Counted from the first letter of the stretch, positions 30,336 to 42,324 are shown. The stretch is DNA of 64,000 nucleotides from an uncultured virus (IMG/VR IMGVR_UViG_3300029953_000002) (IMGVR_UViG_3300029953_000002); one strand, 5' to 3'. The notes: generated by a model not told the origin, from the letters alone. Translations and numbers: made by a program.

Positions 30336-31307
30336 TTATATTGCGATTTGCACATTACTAGGCACAGTAACCAACCCGTTACATGGGACATAGATATTAT
30401 TGCGGTTAGCTTCCCATTCATCTGGTGTGCATTGTCGTGGGTTATATTCGTGCGACGGTGCCTGTATTTCATTTACTCGTAACTTCTTTTCCAAATACGG
30501 ATTAGCTAATGCAAGATTCTTCCTTAATTCAATATCGCTCGTAAGTAAATTGAAATTAGCTTTACTCAGTATCATTTCTTCGTCACCTGTTTTAACGAAT
30601 AACGCTAACGCAAAGACTTGGTCCAAAAGTGGGGTATCCTCTAGATAAACACAAAGATTAGCCACATGTATATCTGTCTTTGTATACAGTTCCAGTTTAT
30701 AAGGTGTGCTAAAACCAGTACTTTCTGTAGCTCGTAAAAGATTACCGTTATATTTAGTTAAGACGAACTTAAACAATGAATCTGGATGACTCACTTCAAT
30801 CTCATTGCCACCTAGGAATATTTTAATATCGTCTTCCATTCCAAAGTTAGAAATCAACTTCATCGCTCTCTTTATGGAGCTTCGTATAGATTTCTTAATG
30901 AGAGGGCCTCGTTTTACTTTAGGAGGAACCCACTCAGGTGTGACAATATAACACGATACATTTGTATTTATTACAGTTTGACGCAAACCATTTGTGTTAA
31001 ATATTAAACCGTATCGTTCAGAACCAGGGCAATTTATATAAAGCGTAGGCATAGAACCAGTAAGATTTAAACTAGTTCCGCTATACAACATTCCAGTTGA
31101 TGCAATAGCGGTAGATGTAAACGCAACCACATTACTCTGAGTTTGCAAATTGGTATTCGCAAAAGTACTATAGTCAGAATACTGAATCACCTGAATGTTT
31201 TGGTCATTCGATAACACGGTGATCCAGCCTGTATCAGCAGGAAGAATATTTTCACCTGGTACAGAAACATCAACGTTATTGTTGTGTAAAACTAAACCAG
31301 TAGTCAT
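30336..31307 (-). CDS. hypothetical protein
   Basis: 323-aa ORF, AAGGAG RBS. Confidence 0.65.
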   Translation of the reverse strand: MTTGLVLHNNNVDVSVPGENILPADTGWITVLSNDQNIQVIQYSDYSTFANTNLQTQSNVVAFTSTAIASTGMLYSGTSLNLTGSMPTLYINCPGSERYGLIFNTNGLRQTVINTNVSCYIVTPEWVPPKVKRGPLIKKSIRSSIKRAMKLISNFGMEDDIKIFLGGNEIEVSHPDSLFKFVLTKYNGNLLRATESTGFSTPYKLELYTKTDIHVANLCVYLEDTPLLDQVFALALFVKTGDEEMILSKANFNLLTSDIELRKNLALANPYLEKKLRVNEIQAPSHEYNPRQCTPDEWEANRNNIYVPCNGLVTVPSNVQIAI

Positions 31308-32104
31308 ATCGCTCTCCTTTTATTAACCACCGTGTATGCGACGAACACCTAATGAGTGGTTATCGACTACTTCTTCGGCGGTCTTTGCTGTTCTGCTAGA
31401 TTCGAAACTTCGTTTCTCTTTATGCTTTCTTACGTCGACAACTTTATCACGCGCAAGAGTAGCAATGTCAATATCGTCCATGTCTGTACATATTTTCTCG
31501 AACTGCTCGTCTTTGATGATAATCTCTTTAGCAGATTCAATATTCTTTTCAGTTAACTTTACTCTACGAGAAAAACTAGCTGAACCTAATGACATTTTCT
31601 TCATAATAAAGAAAGTATAACCATCTGCCATCTTCTTACGAATAAGAGCAAGAACTTTTTCACGATTGCGTTCATGCCATGCAATTGTGATATCCCCCAG
31701 TTTACAGAGCATTGTGAGTGATCCTAGATATTCTTCTTCCTCTCCTTCTAATTTAGTCATTGGATATAGTGCAGTTGTAACCGCGCACCATTCTTCACCT
31801 GTCTTTTCTAGTATGTCGGTATATACAGGACTAATTGTGTTTTTCATAATGTTTTCCTTTTTGTTCAGTAAAACCAAAACGAGACATTTCAGCTTTTGTT
31901 ACTGTGGCAGTCTCAATACTCACTACGTTGTTCGTGCCAACATTACCTTTAAAGAACCCGCGACAACGAACACATTGTAGTGAGCCGAATTCTCTATAGC
32001 CAATATTAAATAATTGACTGACAGTATGTCCAGATTCACCTGAGCAATCTGGACATTTTACATAGGTTTTTGTATAGAGTTCAGCAAGCATTTCATTTCC
32101 TTTA

Positions 32105-32533
32105 TTACAACCAACGAATAGCTGAATAGTTGATGATTAAGTGAATGATATTGTCGCAGATAATTAACAACCATACAGCTAACCAATCAGGGGTACAGTT
32201 CGGATATCCTGTCTTAGAACAATCTTTCCATTTAAGTGTTGGCTCGTTAATCCAGTTCTTTGCAAATACAAGATATTTAGCTAAACTATAATGGTCAATA
32301 ATTGCGTGTGAAATACAAATGACAATAATTGCATTGCGTGATATACCAAGAAACATAAAAGGGATTGCGTAAACAATAGCGTGAAAATAAGCAGCAAACA
32401 CGCCTCTAATAGAGCCTTCTACTTTCTTATTTGCCATCCAACTGGTTTGTGTTATGTAATCGCCAATCAGATGCAATAATAGTTGTTCATACATTATGTT
32501 TCCTTTACTTAATACGTGTAACGAGTTCAGCAT
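32105..32533 (-). CDS. DUF3307-like membrane protein
   Basis: HLIGDYITQT.WMA.KK, H...Y, SHAIIDH, DNIIH; start probably at MYEQ. Confidence 0.75.
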   Translation of the reverse strand: MLNSLHVLSKGNIMYEQLLLHLIGDYITQTSWMANKKVEGSIRGVFAAYFHAIVYAIPFMFLGISRNAIIVICISHAIIDHYSLAKYLVFAKNWINEPTLKWKDCSKTGYPNCTPDWLAVWLLIICDNIIHLIINYSAIRWL

Positions 32534-32831
32534 CGAATAAATAAGCTAGCCATGTAGTCAACGCTGTAACGTAATCGTGTTGGTTACTACCGTTATGGCT
32601 AATATGAAATACTAGAGGGCTACATTCATCAAATGTTAACCACCAGCTACTATCTCTGGTAAGTATATAAGTGTTACCGTCGCCTACATCAAGTTCGAGT
32701 TTAGGTAAACCCTCAATAACGCCAACATTGATAGTGCGCGAAACAGTCTGTGCGATTATCAGTCTATCTATAGCACCAATAGCATCTGTTATTCTAATGC
32801 AAACTAAAGATGACATTTTTATTCTCCTGAG

Positions 32832-33530
32832 TTAACTGCATGTAGTTTCTTTATCTTCTACAAGAAGTAATTGTTTCAAATTTTTCAGTGGTCGTTTTAT
32901 CTGAGCTTTAGCGTTATAGAGAATAAGACATGCCGGACACGCACCACACGGTTTAGTAATGTTGTTATCTTTCACTGGTAATTCACACACCCATGTTTTC
33001 AAAAGAAGATTTTTCGGTAAAGCTCTTAGAACATCAGTTTTCCTAAAACCCTTTTCAATTAATGGGAAACGTAAAGGAATTACAGGTTTATTACCATTAA
33101 CCAATTTCCATATTTGTTTCCAAAGCTTTTTAATTGTATCGAGTTTTATCGTAATGTCATCTCCAAGAATATACCCAATCTGCACTTCTGATACACGGTA
33201 TGGATCAGCTATGTATACCGCTCCGATGATCCACGGTAAAGTTTGTCTGAACTCCATGAAACTACCATAAGTTCCATTGAGTTCACGTAACTCTTTTATA
33301 CCGTGATCGGTTAGTACTAAATGTTCCCCTTGTTTTAACAATATCTTAAATATCTCAGAACGTGCTTTTAATTCCATCTGAACTTTTTCTTCATGCTGAC
33401 AACAATCTACATAGAGCGTATATACATCTGACTTTTGTAAAGCATTCATCAACATAAGAGTGGAATCATTTCCGCCAGAGAATAACAATAGCGGTAGTTT
33501 TCCATCAGAGGATATTTTATTCTTTTTCAC
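32832..33530 (-). CDS. QueC-like PP-loop ATPase (7-cyano-7-deazaguanine synthase-like)
   Basis: LLFSGGNDST PP-loop; C-terminal TWVC...PCGACPAC Zn motif. Confidence 0.72.
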   Translation of the reverse strand: MKKNKISSDGKLPLLLFSGGNDSTLMLMNALQKSDVYTLYVDCCQHEEKVQMELKARSEIFKILLKQGEHLVLTDHGIKELRELNGTYGSFMEFRQTLPWIIGAVYIADPYRVSEVQIGYILGDDITIKLDTIKKLWKQIWKLVNGNKPVIPLRFPLIEKGFRKTDVLRALPKNLLLKTWVCELPVKDNNITKPCGACPACLILYNAKAQIKRPLKNLKQLLLVEDKETTCS

Positions 33531-34243
33531 TGAAACTCCTTATTTTCAATTGGTATTTTATACCATGATTTTCAATTTTGCGGCATAAGCGCCACGTTAA
33601 ATTAAGATCTATTACGTTTCTTAGAACGTCTAGCAATCTTTGCTAAACTCTTACGAGTTTCTTGCGAACGATGTGTTTTGTTATTGCCGTAGCGAATACG
33701 TCTATCACTATCGCTTTAACAACCTGTATCTTGACACGGTTCTGCCTCGCGACGCGTGTCTTCATCAACCATTTCTTGAGTCATGACAGGCACCTCTCGT
33801 ATTAAAGGAATCGTAGTTTGGTTTTCCATTATACATTATCCGTATTCTTTACTTCGCGAACAATACGATCTTCTGTACGTTGTTTAAGCCAACTTAAAGC
33901 ATCTTCTATACACGACATTGCTTTCATGTTTTCCGTACAATTAAATGGACCAGTTTGAAAACCATATAGACGATAGTAAACAACAGCTAATAGACTTTCT
34001 AACGTTACGCCGGTATACCCACAATCTAATGGGTTACCATTTTGAAACGAAATGCTTAATAGCTGTTCCGTTGCGTTTATGCCGTTGACACAATTATCTA
34101 GTACTATGCTATAAACATTATTTGCATTTGTTTTACTTTTTCGTCACAAGCATAAACTCTTAAGTTTGTGGTTTCGCCTTCTGCTATATGAATATCAATT
34201 TCTCGTAACGGCATGATTTTATCCTTAGTAAATTAAAATGAGA

Positions 34244-34322
34244 TGGCCTGTCAGGAGGGACTCGAACCCCCATTGATCCGCTTACTCGGCTGCAGTTTAG
34301 AAGACTGTTGAGATACTGACAG
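34244..34322 (-). tRNA. atypical tRNA-Arg(UCU)-like RNA lacking a D arm
   Basis: 7-bp acceptor CTGTCAG/CTGACAG + G-CCA, T arm GGGGGTTCGAGTCCCTC, anticodon loop CTTCTAA; only ~8 nt where the D arm should be. Confidence 0.65.
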
Positions 34323-34764
34323 GTTGAAACTTAAACTTGTGCTTCTAACAATTGGCTAGATGCCGCGTCAATTGTGGACTGAGTTGTATCAGCTAGAACA
34401 ACATATGGGACTACGCCATTAATACGCGCAATGGCTATGTTTGCATCAGCTTGGGTTGCGTAATTAATAACAAATACATCTGAACTAACCCCAATCTCGT
34501 ACAGTGTCATATTTTCTTTTGAATTGAGATAAACCATATTCCAATTCAACGAATTCATCAAAAACAGTAAATAGACATTCATGGCAAAGCCCTTCTCGTA
34601 ACAGTGATATATTAGTGAAAAATTTTAAGATAGACAATATGTCTCTGTACTATAGAGCCGTCTTGTTTATTTTAACTGAGCAAATAAAAAAAAATTAGAT
34701 TTCTTTATCTATAAAATTAAAGCATACAGTACTGCGTGATTTATCACGCAGTACTGAGTTATAT

Positions 34765-35487
34765 TTAACTATTATTACGTAACTCGTATTCCAAATAGAA
34801 ACGCGACCAGTCTTCTAATTTACCAACATCACTAGAAATTTCATGCAGTATATCATCTGCGGTCATGAATCCTAACAACAGTAATTCATCTTCGTTACTT
34901 AAAACTTCAAGATCTTCAGGGACAGTGACTGACATTACTACACCAACATGAACAGCATGAACTTCGTGATTAAGAAGAATAATTAAGTCTTCTGATTGGA
35001 TTGGAATTTGTCCCAGTGCAAAAGATGCCGTGGCTGTATCACTTCTTAATTCTTCATCACGTTCACGGAAAGCAGCGTCATGAATAGTTTGAGCCAAATT
35101 AATTACAGAATCGCTATTATGAACGATATCCATTAAGTCGATATGTCCGCCAAATCCAATACTTATCTTTTCAGCTAATTTCTTTTCACCTACCCCTTTA
35201 CCACGTTTATATGCAAGATATCGAACAACACCATCTTTACCTAATTGTTTAATAATTAGATACGGAATAATTTGCCGATATGATTTATCTTCTTCTAACA
35301 CAGAACGCTGCTTAATTGCAAGATGGCTGATTACTTCTTCGATGAATTTACTTAGTGAAAACTTTGTAACACCCACACGAAAATCTGTTGCGAAGTGTCT
35401 TACGCCCTGATCGTTATGATTTTCGAAATACTTAGTCTCGGCAGCGAGTATAAACTGAGAGTGTTTCTTTGGAGCTAATGCGCTCAT
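34765..35487 (-). CDS. Nudix-family hydrolase
   Basis: YRQIIPY, SIGFGGHID, A.RERDEEL degenerate Nudix box. Confidence 0.75.
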   Translation of the reverse strand: MSALAPKKHSQFILAAETKYFENHNDQGVRHFATDFRVGVTKFSLSKFIEEVISHLAIKQRSVLEEDKSYRQIIPYLIIKQLGKDGVVRYLAYKRGKGVGEKKLAEKISIGFGGHIDLMDIVHNSDSVINLAQTIHDAAFRERDEELRSDTATASFALGQIPIQSEDLIILLNHEVHAVHVGVVMSVTVPEDLEVLSNEDELLLLGFMTADDILHEISSDVGKLEDWSRFYLEYELRNNS

Positions 35488-35546
35488 TTTCTGTTCCTAT
35501 ATTTAAAAATGTAAATCTAAGCTTTGTTTGCTTTTCTATGAGCATA

Positions 35547-36503
35547 TCACTTTTTCATACTGACGCCATTTCGATGTGCATATTCGTATAGAAATAGATC
35601 AGTGCGAAGTTCATCAATAGTAAGTGGAACGTAATGCGACGTATCAGTTTCATCTCTACGACCTACTAGTTTATTTGGGTCAGATGATTTGTAGAAGTAT
35701 GATGCTAGTTTTTCTTTATGATCAGGAAGAACATTTACAGCCAGTTCATCTCTTTTAGCTGATAGAAATGTACGAACGTCGTCTTGTGATCCAAATAGGT
35801 CTTCTAAGAATGCTAAAACAATTTCAGTCGGGACATTGATCTTAGCCATTTCTTCGTGAAGAAGTTGTTTGCCTTTTTGAACTGCTGCTGGAATACTTTC
35901 TTTCCAACTAACAGTAGTTGTAAGATAATGCAATCCTCTTGCGTATTCTATTGTTATGGCATATACGTCATCTGCGAATTGTGAAAACGTAGCATTTGTT
36001 TCTACATGATAAGTTTGTTCGTGTAATCTCTGAGATAGTTTGCATAATTGAGAAAAGTCGTTATGTTCTTCTGTTTTTAAGAAATGTTCAAGTAAACAAA
36101 CAGTGCTCAGTACATCAGGGATAAAGTTAATAATCTCTTTACCTTTAATCAACTGTCCTTCGATAGTAATGAGACCATAAATAGCACCACATCCCATAAT
36201 GTCAAATGCGTGCCCTGGTGTTCCGTCTACCCATTGATCGGCATCTAATGGATTCATCTTTTCCAGAGGACCACCTTGACGAAAATATCTAGTAGTAACA
36301 ACAAATTCACCAGCGCGTCTATCACAAGGTACTGTATGATCCCAAGGTTCTACCTTTTCAGCATCGTAGAACGCACGTGCTTCTTCTAAAGTATAGAAAG
36401 GCCCGAACTGTTTACGGTTAACAGGTGGGAAAAAATCTTTCTGAGGTTGTAGAAAAATTAAGGCGCCATAGATAGCAGTGCCTGAGATTTGGTAGCGAGT
36501 CAT
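35547..36503 (-). CDS. hypothetical protein
   Basis: 318-aa ORF, AAGGA RBS. Confidence 0.65.
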   Translation of the reverse strand: MTRYQISGTAIYGALIFLQPQKDFFPPVNRKQFGPFYTLEEARAFYDAEKVEPWDHTVPCDRRAGEFVVTTRYFRQGGPLEKMNPLDADQWVDGTPGHAFDIMGCGAIYGLITIEGQLIKGKEIINFIPDVLSTVCLLEHFLKTEEHNDFSQLCKLSQRLHEQTYHVETNATFSQFADDVYAITIEYARGLHYLTTTVSWKESIPAAVQKGKQLLHEEMAKINVPTEIVLAFLEDLFGSQDDVRTFLSAKRDELAVNVLPDHKEKLASYFYKSSDPNKLVGRRDETDTSHYVPLTIDELRTDLFLYEYAHRNGVSMKK

Positions 36504-37021
36504 TATTTATCCTTTGTTTGGCTGTTAATAAAATATTCGTTCATCTTACGTAAGTTTTCAAAATACTGAAAATAAGCACTTGTCCATACGTTCATGATTT
36601 CGCGGGCAAGAATATAAGTTGGAAATGATATAAACATTTTTATTCCTTTATTTGAAACTGGTTATTTCGGTATCTCTCCATTCGGAATTACCGGCTGCAT
36701 CCTCAAACTTCTGTTGCATACGCTTACGTTTAACACCAGATATCAACGCTTTAATGAAACCAATTTTTAGTATCCTGAATTCTAAAGTAGGCTTCATTAA
36801 ACGTTTATTTTCTTTTTCTTTTACGTTTTGCATAATTGTATCAAAACGAGCGCGGTCAAAGCGTTTACCAAGTTCGTATGTAATTTGTCCAGCAATCTCT
36901 GGTGTGACATACTCTTCGAAATACTGCCGCGTGTTACATACTTTAGCATTATCCATTTATATCACCTTCATTAAAAGTATTTCTATTAGTACAAGTATAT
37001 TTAGAAGTTATTCGTGGTATT

Positions 37022-38164
37022 TCAGTTAATACAAACAGCTTCTTTTTCTGTTTTTATTTCATTCCACAGTGCAGAAAGTGCTTGACTTGTTGTTTGAATA
37101 ACGAAAATCTGAGATTCTCGTCTTACAGCAGAAGGTTCTACGCGTGTCATTAAGTTATTAATTTTAGTAACAAACGTTGTCTCACGAGAAGGATAACTAC
37201 CTTTTGTATTAGTGAACGTTAACTCGTACATTGTGCCGAACCGTAATTGAATAAAAGAACAATCTCCTTGGTTAGCATATCTTGCAACAGCATGCACGGA
37301 ATCATCCTTTATTACTTTACCCGCTACTACAGAACATGACTTCGGCAACACTGCTTCGTTATTGAAAATTTCAAAACTTAGTTCTGTTAATTTATTTAGT
37401 TCTTTTTCAAAAACAAATTCATCATTTACGGGTTCTGCTTCGTCATACGCTATTTTAAATTCTTTTTCAAATTCCTCTTTTAACCCCACAAACGTATAAG
37501 TTCCATCTGATTGTACCCATGATTTTTCTAATGGATGGTAGTACCATAAATTAGGATTAGCGTTAGGAACTACAATAAAAATCGCTTCTAGCGTAATTAA
37601 AGCAGACAGTGGTAGCTTAGCTCTTAGAACAATAGTAACGTCTTCCGTACTACCACTATCACCATATAAGCCTGTTGCGATTTCTCCAATTACATTGTGC
37701 GAAGCAGGAACACCGTTAACTACTAACGGAGGTTTGACGTTTTTAAACACACTGCGTTTAACAGAGGCCATTATGCTGCCTAAAAGTAAACTTAACTCAT
37801 TATTAAGCACTACGTCGTTAGTTGGATGAAAATTAAATAATTCAATTGCTTCCTTTAATCGCGGGGATGGTTCTGGTCCGAATACTTCAGAATAGTTTAA
37901 ATATTCTTTAAGTTTAGAAGCGAACGAACCATCCCCTTCAAATACGCATTTTACATTAGCTTTATCTGATCGAAACTCATTAATGGCACTTTCAAATCGT
38001 GTATTTGTTTCAATGAACATCTGCTTGTCATTAGGAAACAGTAAACCAAGATTTTGCATTAATTGACCAAAGATAGTTACAACGATATTGATTTCTTTCT
38101 CTGGCCGTGAGTCTACACGCAACTTATCAAGTAGTTCTAATAATTCCATTTCGCATTCTTTCAT
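37022..38164 (-). CDS. hypothetical protein
   Basis: 380-aa ORF abutting upstream gene. Confidence 0.65.
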   Translation of the reverse strand: MKECEMELLELLDKLRVDSRPEKEINIVVTIFGQLMQNLGLLFPNDKQMFIETNTRFESAINEFRSDKANVKCVFEGDGSFASKLKEYLNYSEVFGPEPSPRLKEAIELFNFHPTNDVVLNNELSLLLGSIMASVKRSVFKNVKPPLVVNGVPASHNVIGEIATGLYGDSGSTEDVTIVLRAKLPLSALITLEAIFIVVPNANPNLWYYHPLEKSWVQSDGTYTFVGLKEEFEKEFKIAYDEAEPVNDEFVFEKELNKLTELSFEIFNNEAVLPKSCSVVAGKVIKDDSVHAVARYANQGDCSFIQLRFGTMYELTFTNTKGSYPSRETTFVTKINNLMTRVEPSAVRRESQIFVIQTTSQALSALWNEIKTEKEAVCIN

Positions 38165-38166
38165 CT

Positions 38167-38856
38167 TTACATTTCCAAGGAATCATCTTTTAACAAAAAC
38201 TTAGGAATGCCAGTTAGTACAAAATCACTAGTAGCTTGGGTTCCTTCTGGCAATATTGATTCTACCCATACATCTTCAGAATATAATTCTGGTATACTGG
38301 TATTGCCTGTCTTTTTAATAATTTGATTTGCGTATGCTGCAATTTCGAATGCTTCGACCCGGTCAACATAACGAAACTTACTAGTTAAGAAACCTTGATC
38401 ATCTGTATACTTACAAGATTTTCCATTTACTCCAAGTTCACCCATTCCCCAAATAACATGATGATGTCTTCCTGGTCTAGGTACTTGAAATATAAGGCCA
38501 GACGGATGTCGAATAGCAGAAGCTAAAATTGTTTCAAAACTATTAGAATCCTCACAAACGGATTTGTGATATAACGTAGACCACGCGCGCTGTGTACCAT
38601 ACAGCAACATGTATTTTACAGATTGTACATTAATTGGTTTACTTTCTATTTTTCTGTAAAATACTTCTACCAGTAATTTATTTACGTTAACCCTTAAAAA
38701 TAATTTAATATATATTAACACTGGTAATATAGCAAAACATCCTATAACAGGATGACTTGTATGAAGTGTATAATTGACGATTAAAAATAAACTAATCAAA
38801 TAAAACACATACAAGACGAAATTCGTTTTTCCAATAAACCACAATGTCCATTTCAT
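38167..38856 (-). CDS. membrane-anchored hypothetical phage protein
   Basis: two N-terminal hydrophobic segments; C-terminal RHH...QGFLTS..RYVDR.EA module. Confidence 0.6.
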   Translation of the reverse strand: MKWTLWFIGKTNFVLYVFYLISLFLIVNYTLHTSHPVIGCFAILPVLIYIKLFLRVNVNKLLVEVFYRKIESKPINVQSVKYMLLYGTQRAWSTLYHKSVCEDSNSFETILASAIRHPSGLIFQVPRPGRHHHVIWGMGELGVNGKSCKYTDDQGFLTSKFRYVDRVEAFEIAAYANQIIKKTGNTSIPELYSEDVWVESILPEGTQATSDFVLTGIPKFLLKDDSLEM

Positions 38857-39865
38857 TTTATTCTCCTAATATCTTTTAAAACCGTTATCAAGTAAATTCG
38901 AAAGAAGAAGCACTTTACGTTTACACAATAATCCGTAAGTCTTTCTTGATTCTTGTTCTGATTTTTGGATTAAGTTATAAACTTCATTACGATTGGGGCA
39001 AATGAAAACGCCCCATTCATTAAAGATAAAACCATATGACAATCTGATTATACGAGTGTCTATTTTTCTTCATCGAATAAATGGAAAGCGTTGCTCCATT
39101 CACGACCATCAACTTCTCGATAGATACTTGCTATTTCATTATTGTTTTTATGTATTCGATTTGAAAATAAATCAAGAACACTTTGTGACATTTTATTCTC
39201 CATTTTAATTTGGATTGAGTAGATATTCTCTTATTTTTTTCTTTGCTATTTCAACATCAGCTTTATATCCAATGCCTTGACAATGTGAAGATATTTCATT
39301 ATGTAATTCTTCTATTAAAGCCATTGTCTTATCAGCTTGTTCAATAGTCAAACCTTTAGCTGGATATTTTGGATCAACTACCTTCACTGGTAAAATATCA
39401 TACTTAAAACCATTCCAATGATACTCGAGTTTAGTATGACTGGAATAATACGTTACTCCAGCAGTACCTATTTTTGGAAAATGTGATTCATTTTCATATT
39501 CTCGTTTAAGAGGTAAAGACAGATATACTTCTTTTTTATTATAAGCAGGATAAGTAACAGTCATTATGTCAATATTCATTAACGTTCCTTTATTTCTTTT
39601 AAGGTATTCGTTGTCGAGTCAAATTTAAATAGAGATATTTTAGATGTCTCATTGTCAACAATCGATAACGTAATATCATCCGATAGTGGGATTGGTTGAT
39701 TTATGCACTTTTCTCTCTCTTGTTTACCTTTTGTTATTTTAGCATTAAGATTAACCAAAGCATAAAACAAAACAGCAATAAACGCACCGCCAATAGCGTA
39801 TCCAATTAATAGAAAAGTAATTAACCACTCAGAAACTGTTAAGGGAATGTTCATTTGGTTTTATG

Positions 39866-39895
39866 CGAGATACCTCGCTATTTATTGCGAGGAGG
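39866..39895 (-). mobile_element. IS200/IS605-type end hairpin
   Basis: minus CCTCCTCGCAATAAATAGCGAGGTATCTCG downstream of the IscB relic. Confidence 0.55.
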
Positions 39896-39965
39896 GATAG
39901 CATATAGGGTAATGTAGTCACATTACCCTACCCTCACGCATTCCTTTCTATAGTAGCTATCATGA

Positions 39966-40877
39966 TTATATTGGTACAGCTATGTTTTTACCACCAGACA
40001 TAGATAGATAGTGATATAGTTGTAAACAGTAAGAATAACCATCATTCTTTTGAATGAGTGCACACTGGTTCCATTTAATAGATATTGGTTTATCATTAAA
40101 TATTACTGAAAAATACCCACTAGCTCTAATCACTACTCTACTAAAAATAGCTTTATTAACATAGCCTAATGTCGTTTTAATTTCTCTAGTAAACTTTACT
40201 AAATCACCAGTAGCAAATCAAAAGACACGTTTAGACATTTTACTAATAGTACGAGGGAATCCGTATTGATCTGGTTTAGTACGCTGGTATTGTCCTCGTC
40301 CTGTACATTTAATTTCTAGATGTGGTCTACGCCAGTTATTTACTACTAAAACATTACCGACACAAGCAGCATCTAAGGCATGGGTCTTAGGTATATTAAA
40401 ATTATGTCGATTATATTTAGTTTGACTACCAGATCCTGTATTCACTGGTAATCCAGTATTTATACATTCTAAATATAATTGATTACGCGTAGCATTGACA
40501 GCAGCAGCATCGCGTAGTGGTTTTTGAGCAGTAGATAATATCTTTTTCAGTAATTCAGGCTTATCTTTTAAAAACACTTCTATCAGTATATTACTTTTCT
40601 TTTGATTACAATCATGACAGGCTATGCCTAAATTGGATACACGATTAGATCCACCTCGACTACGCGCTACTATATGCTCAATTTCTAATGGTCGATCATT
40701 TTCTGTCTTACAATACATACATTGATGATCGTATTTCTCTAGTAGATATTCTTTTACGTCGTAATTAAACAATGTACCCTGTTGATATTCAATACCTGTA
40801 ATCTCTGGTTTTACTAACTTTTGCATATCAAATTTGACTCTCTCGATAGCTAACCATGATAATTGGAGGGTATTCAA
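39966..40877 (-). pseudogene. iscB: 5'-truncated IscB (RRXRR/HNH) relic with internal stop
   Basis: [20 protein letters not shown] (C.YC...[20 protein letters not shown]), [11 protein letters not shown]; frame continues past TGA at 40218 as FATGDLVK...IRASGYF...QKNDGYSY; N-terminal PLMP/RuvC-I part absent. Confidence 0.82.
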
Positions 40878-41208
40878 ATGGTGAGTTATAAATAGCCATT
40901 TACTCTTCCTTTATTTTAATATATTTTTATTATTACGTTTGGACAGACACGTTCTCAAATGGGAATGTATCTTTCGTTGGATTTTTAATATAATCAAGTA
41001 AGTTTGCGCGCGCAATATTTCGCAATACTTTTAAGCTAGCTGAATCTCTGCTTAAATAATATTCCAAGTATGCTTTAATGGTTTCATCTAACAAATGCTC
41101 AACTTTTGGCATTTGTTCTTTACTTAAACCTTCACGTTGTTCTTCGTCCATCCATTCAGCAAATGTTTTATCAACAAGGTTATGCAACACGCTATCATCG
41201 ATGCTCGT

Positions 41209-42261
41209 TTATTTTCCTTTGTCCGCTTCCCATAAATACTTGCAGTCAGTAATAAACTTCTCAATATGTTCTTGAGTTGTTTGTTCTTGAATAATCCAGT
41301 CTGTAAAACTAAATCCTACAGGGGATCGAGATTTGCAAAACTCCATGAACTGTCCTAGTTCTTTTCCAACAAAACCAGAAATAGAACCAATAATAAATCC
41401 ATTCCATTTTGTTTTAATTACTTTTTGTTGTTTGTGTTTAGCATACTCTAAAGTAAGCTGTTCAGCAAAACCAGGAAATATAGCTGGATTAGTAGCGCAT
41501 AATAACCAGTAGTTTTTCTCTTCTTCTCGTTTAACAGATACCTTATCTTGGACATACGCAGACCACTTGTACTTGTCAAGTTCTGGTTTATCTTCTATCC
41601 ATTTCAGAAACGCTGTATAAGTAGGACGTTTAATATCACGAATACGACTAATGTGATTTCTATTATCAAGTTTAAATATCTGACGATGGAAATATGGACT
41701 AGAAGCAGCATACTCAAAGACATCTTCTAACGTTTCGAAACCCTTGATATGCCGCGAGAAATCATAACCAAGGAATTTAAATACAGCACTTACGTCCCTA
41801 CTTACTAAAACTTCAGCATAAGCATGCGTTCCGTCTCTCAGTATTTTCCACAGTCCGTTATGCCCGTACTTAAACCCCATTTTGTGCGCTATGCGACCCA
41901 TTAAATTACCCAGATCATTAAATGCAAAATATACTTGGGCAAAGAAGAAATCTATCCTGGGCGCTTTGATTAAATCAATTTGCATTCCACGATAGTCAAA
42001 TGACACTACATCATTATTTAATAAGTCTTGTGGTTTAAATACAGCACGAATTATGTCTATCCAATTAGGTGGAAGATTATCTGATTCAATAAGAATGTCA
42101 GCATCCCCAAATGATTCTTTTGATGAGTATGCTTCAATTGGATTAGCTAGGCATGTTGGAAAAGCATCGTGCAACTTACTTAAAACGTCACCGACAATCG
42201 CAAAATATTCTGTAGTTGTCTTCCTTGTCACACCTACATGTTTCATCGCGTTACCGCCCAT
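41209..42261 (-). CDS. Pol-beta-superfamily nucleotidyltransferase-like phage protein
   Basis: MGGNA start, KESFGDADIL (GDxD), QIDLI. Confidence 0.65.
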   Translation of the reverse strand: MGGNAMKHVGVTRKTTTEYFAIVGDVLSKLHDAFPTCLANPIEAYSSKESFGDADILIESDNLPPNWIDIIRAVFKPQDLLNNDVVSFDYRGMQIDLIKAPRIDFFFAQVYFAFNDLGNLMGRIAHKMGFKYGHNGLWKILRDGTHAYAEVLVSRDVSAVFKFLGYDFSRHIKGFETLEDVFEYAASSPYFHRQIFKLDNRNHISRIRDIKRPTYTAFLKWIEDKPELDKYKWSAYVQDKVSVKREEEKNYWLLCATNPAIFPGFAEQLTLEYAKHKQQKVIKTKWNGFIIGSISGFVGKELGQFMEFCKSRSPVGFSFTDWIIQEQTTQEHIEKFITDCKYLWEADKGK

Positions 42262-42324
42262 GTTATTTCTCCTTTTATTTTTAACGGAATAAAATGGAAG
42301 AACTTTCGTTCTTCCATTTTATAA

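Noticed and set aside
40215..40223. Stop-codon reassignment (TGA read-through) as an explanation for in-frame stops
   Set aside because: Long conserved genes are intact in the standard code, and TAA, TAG and TGA all terminate genes here.
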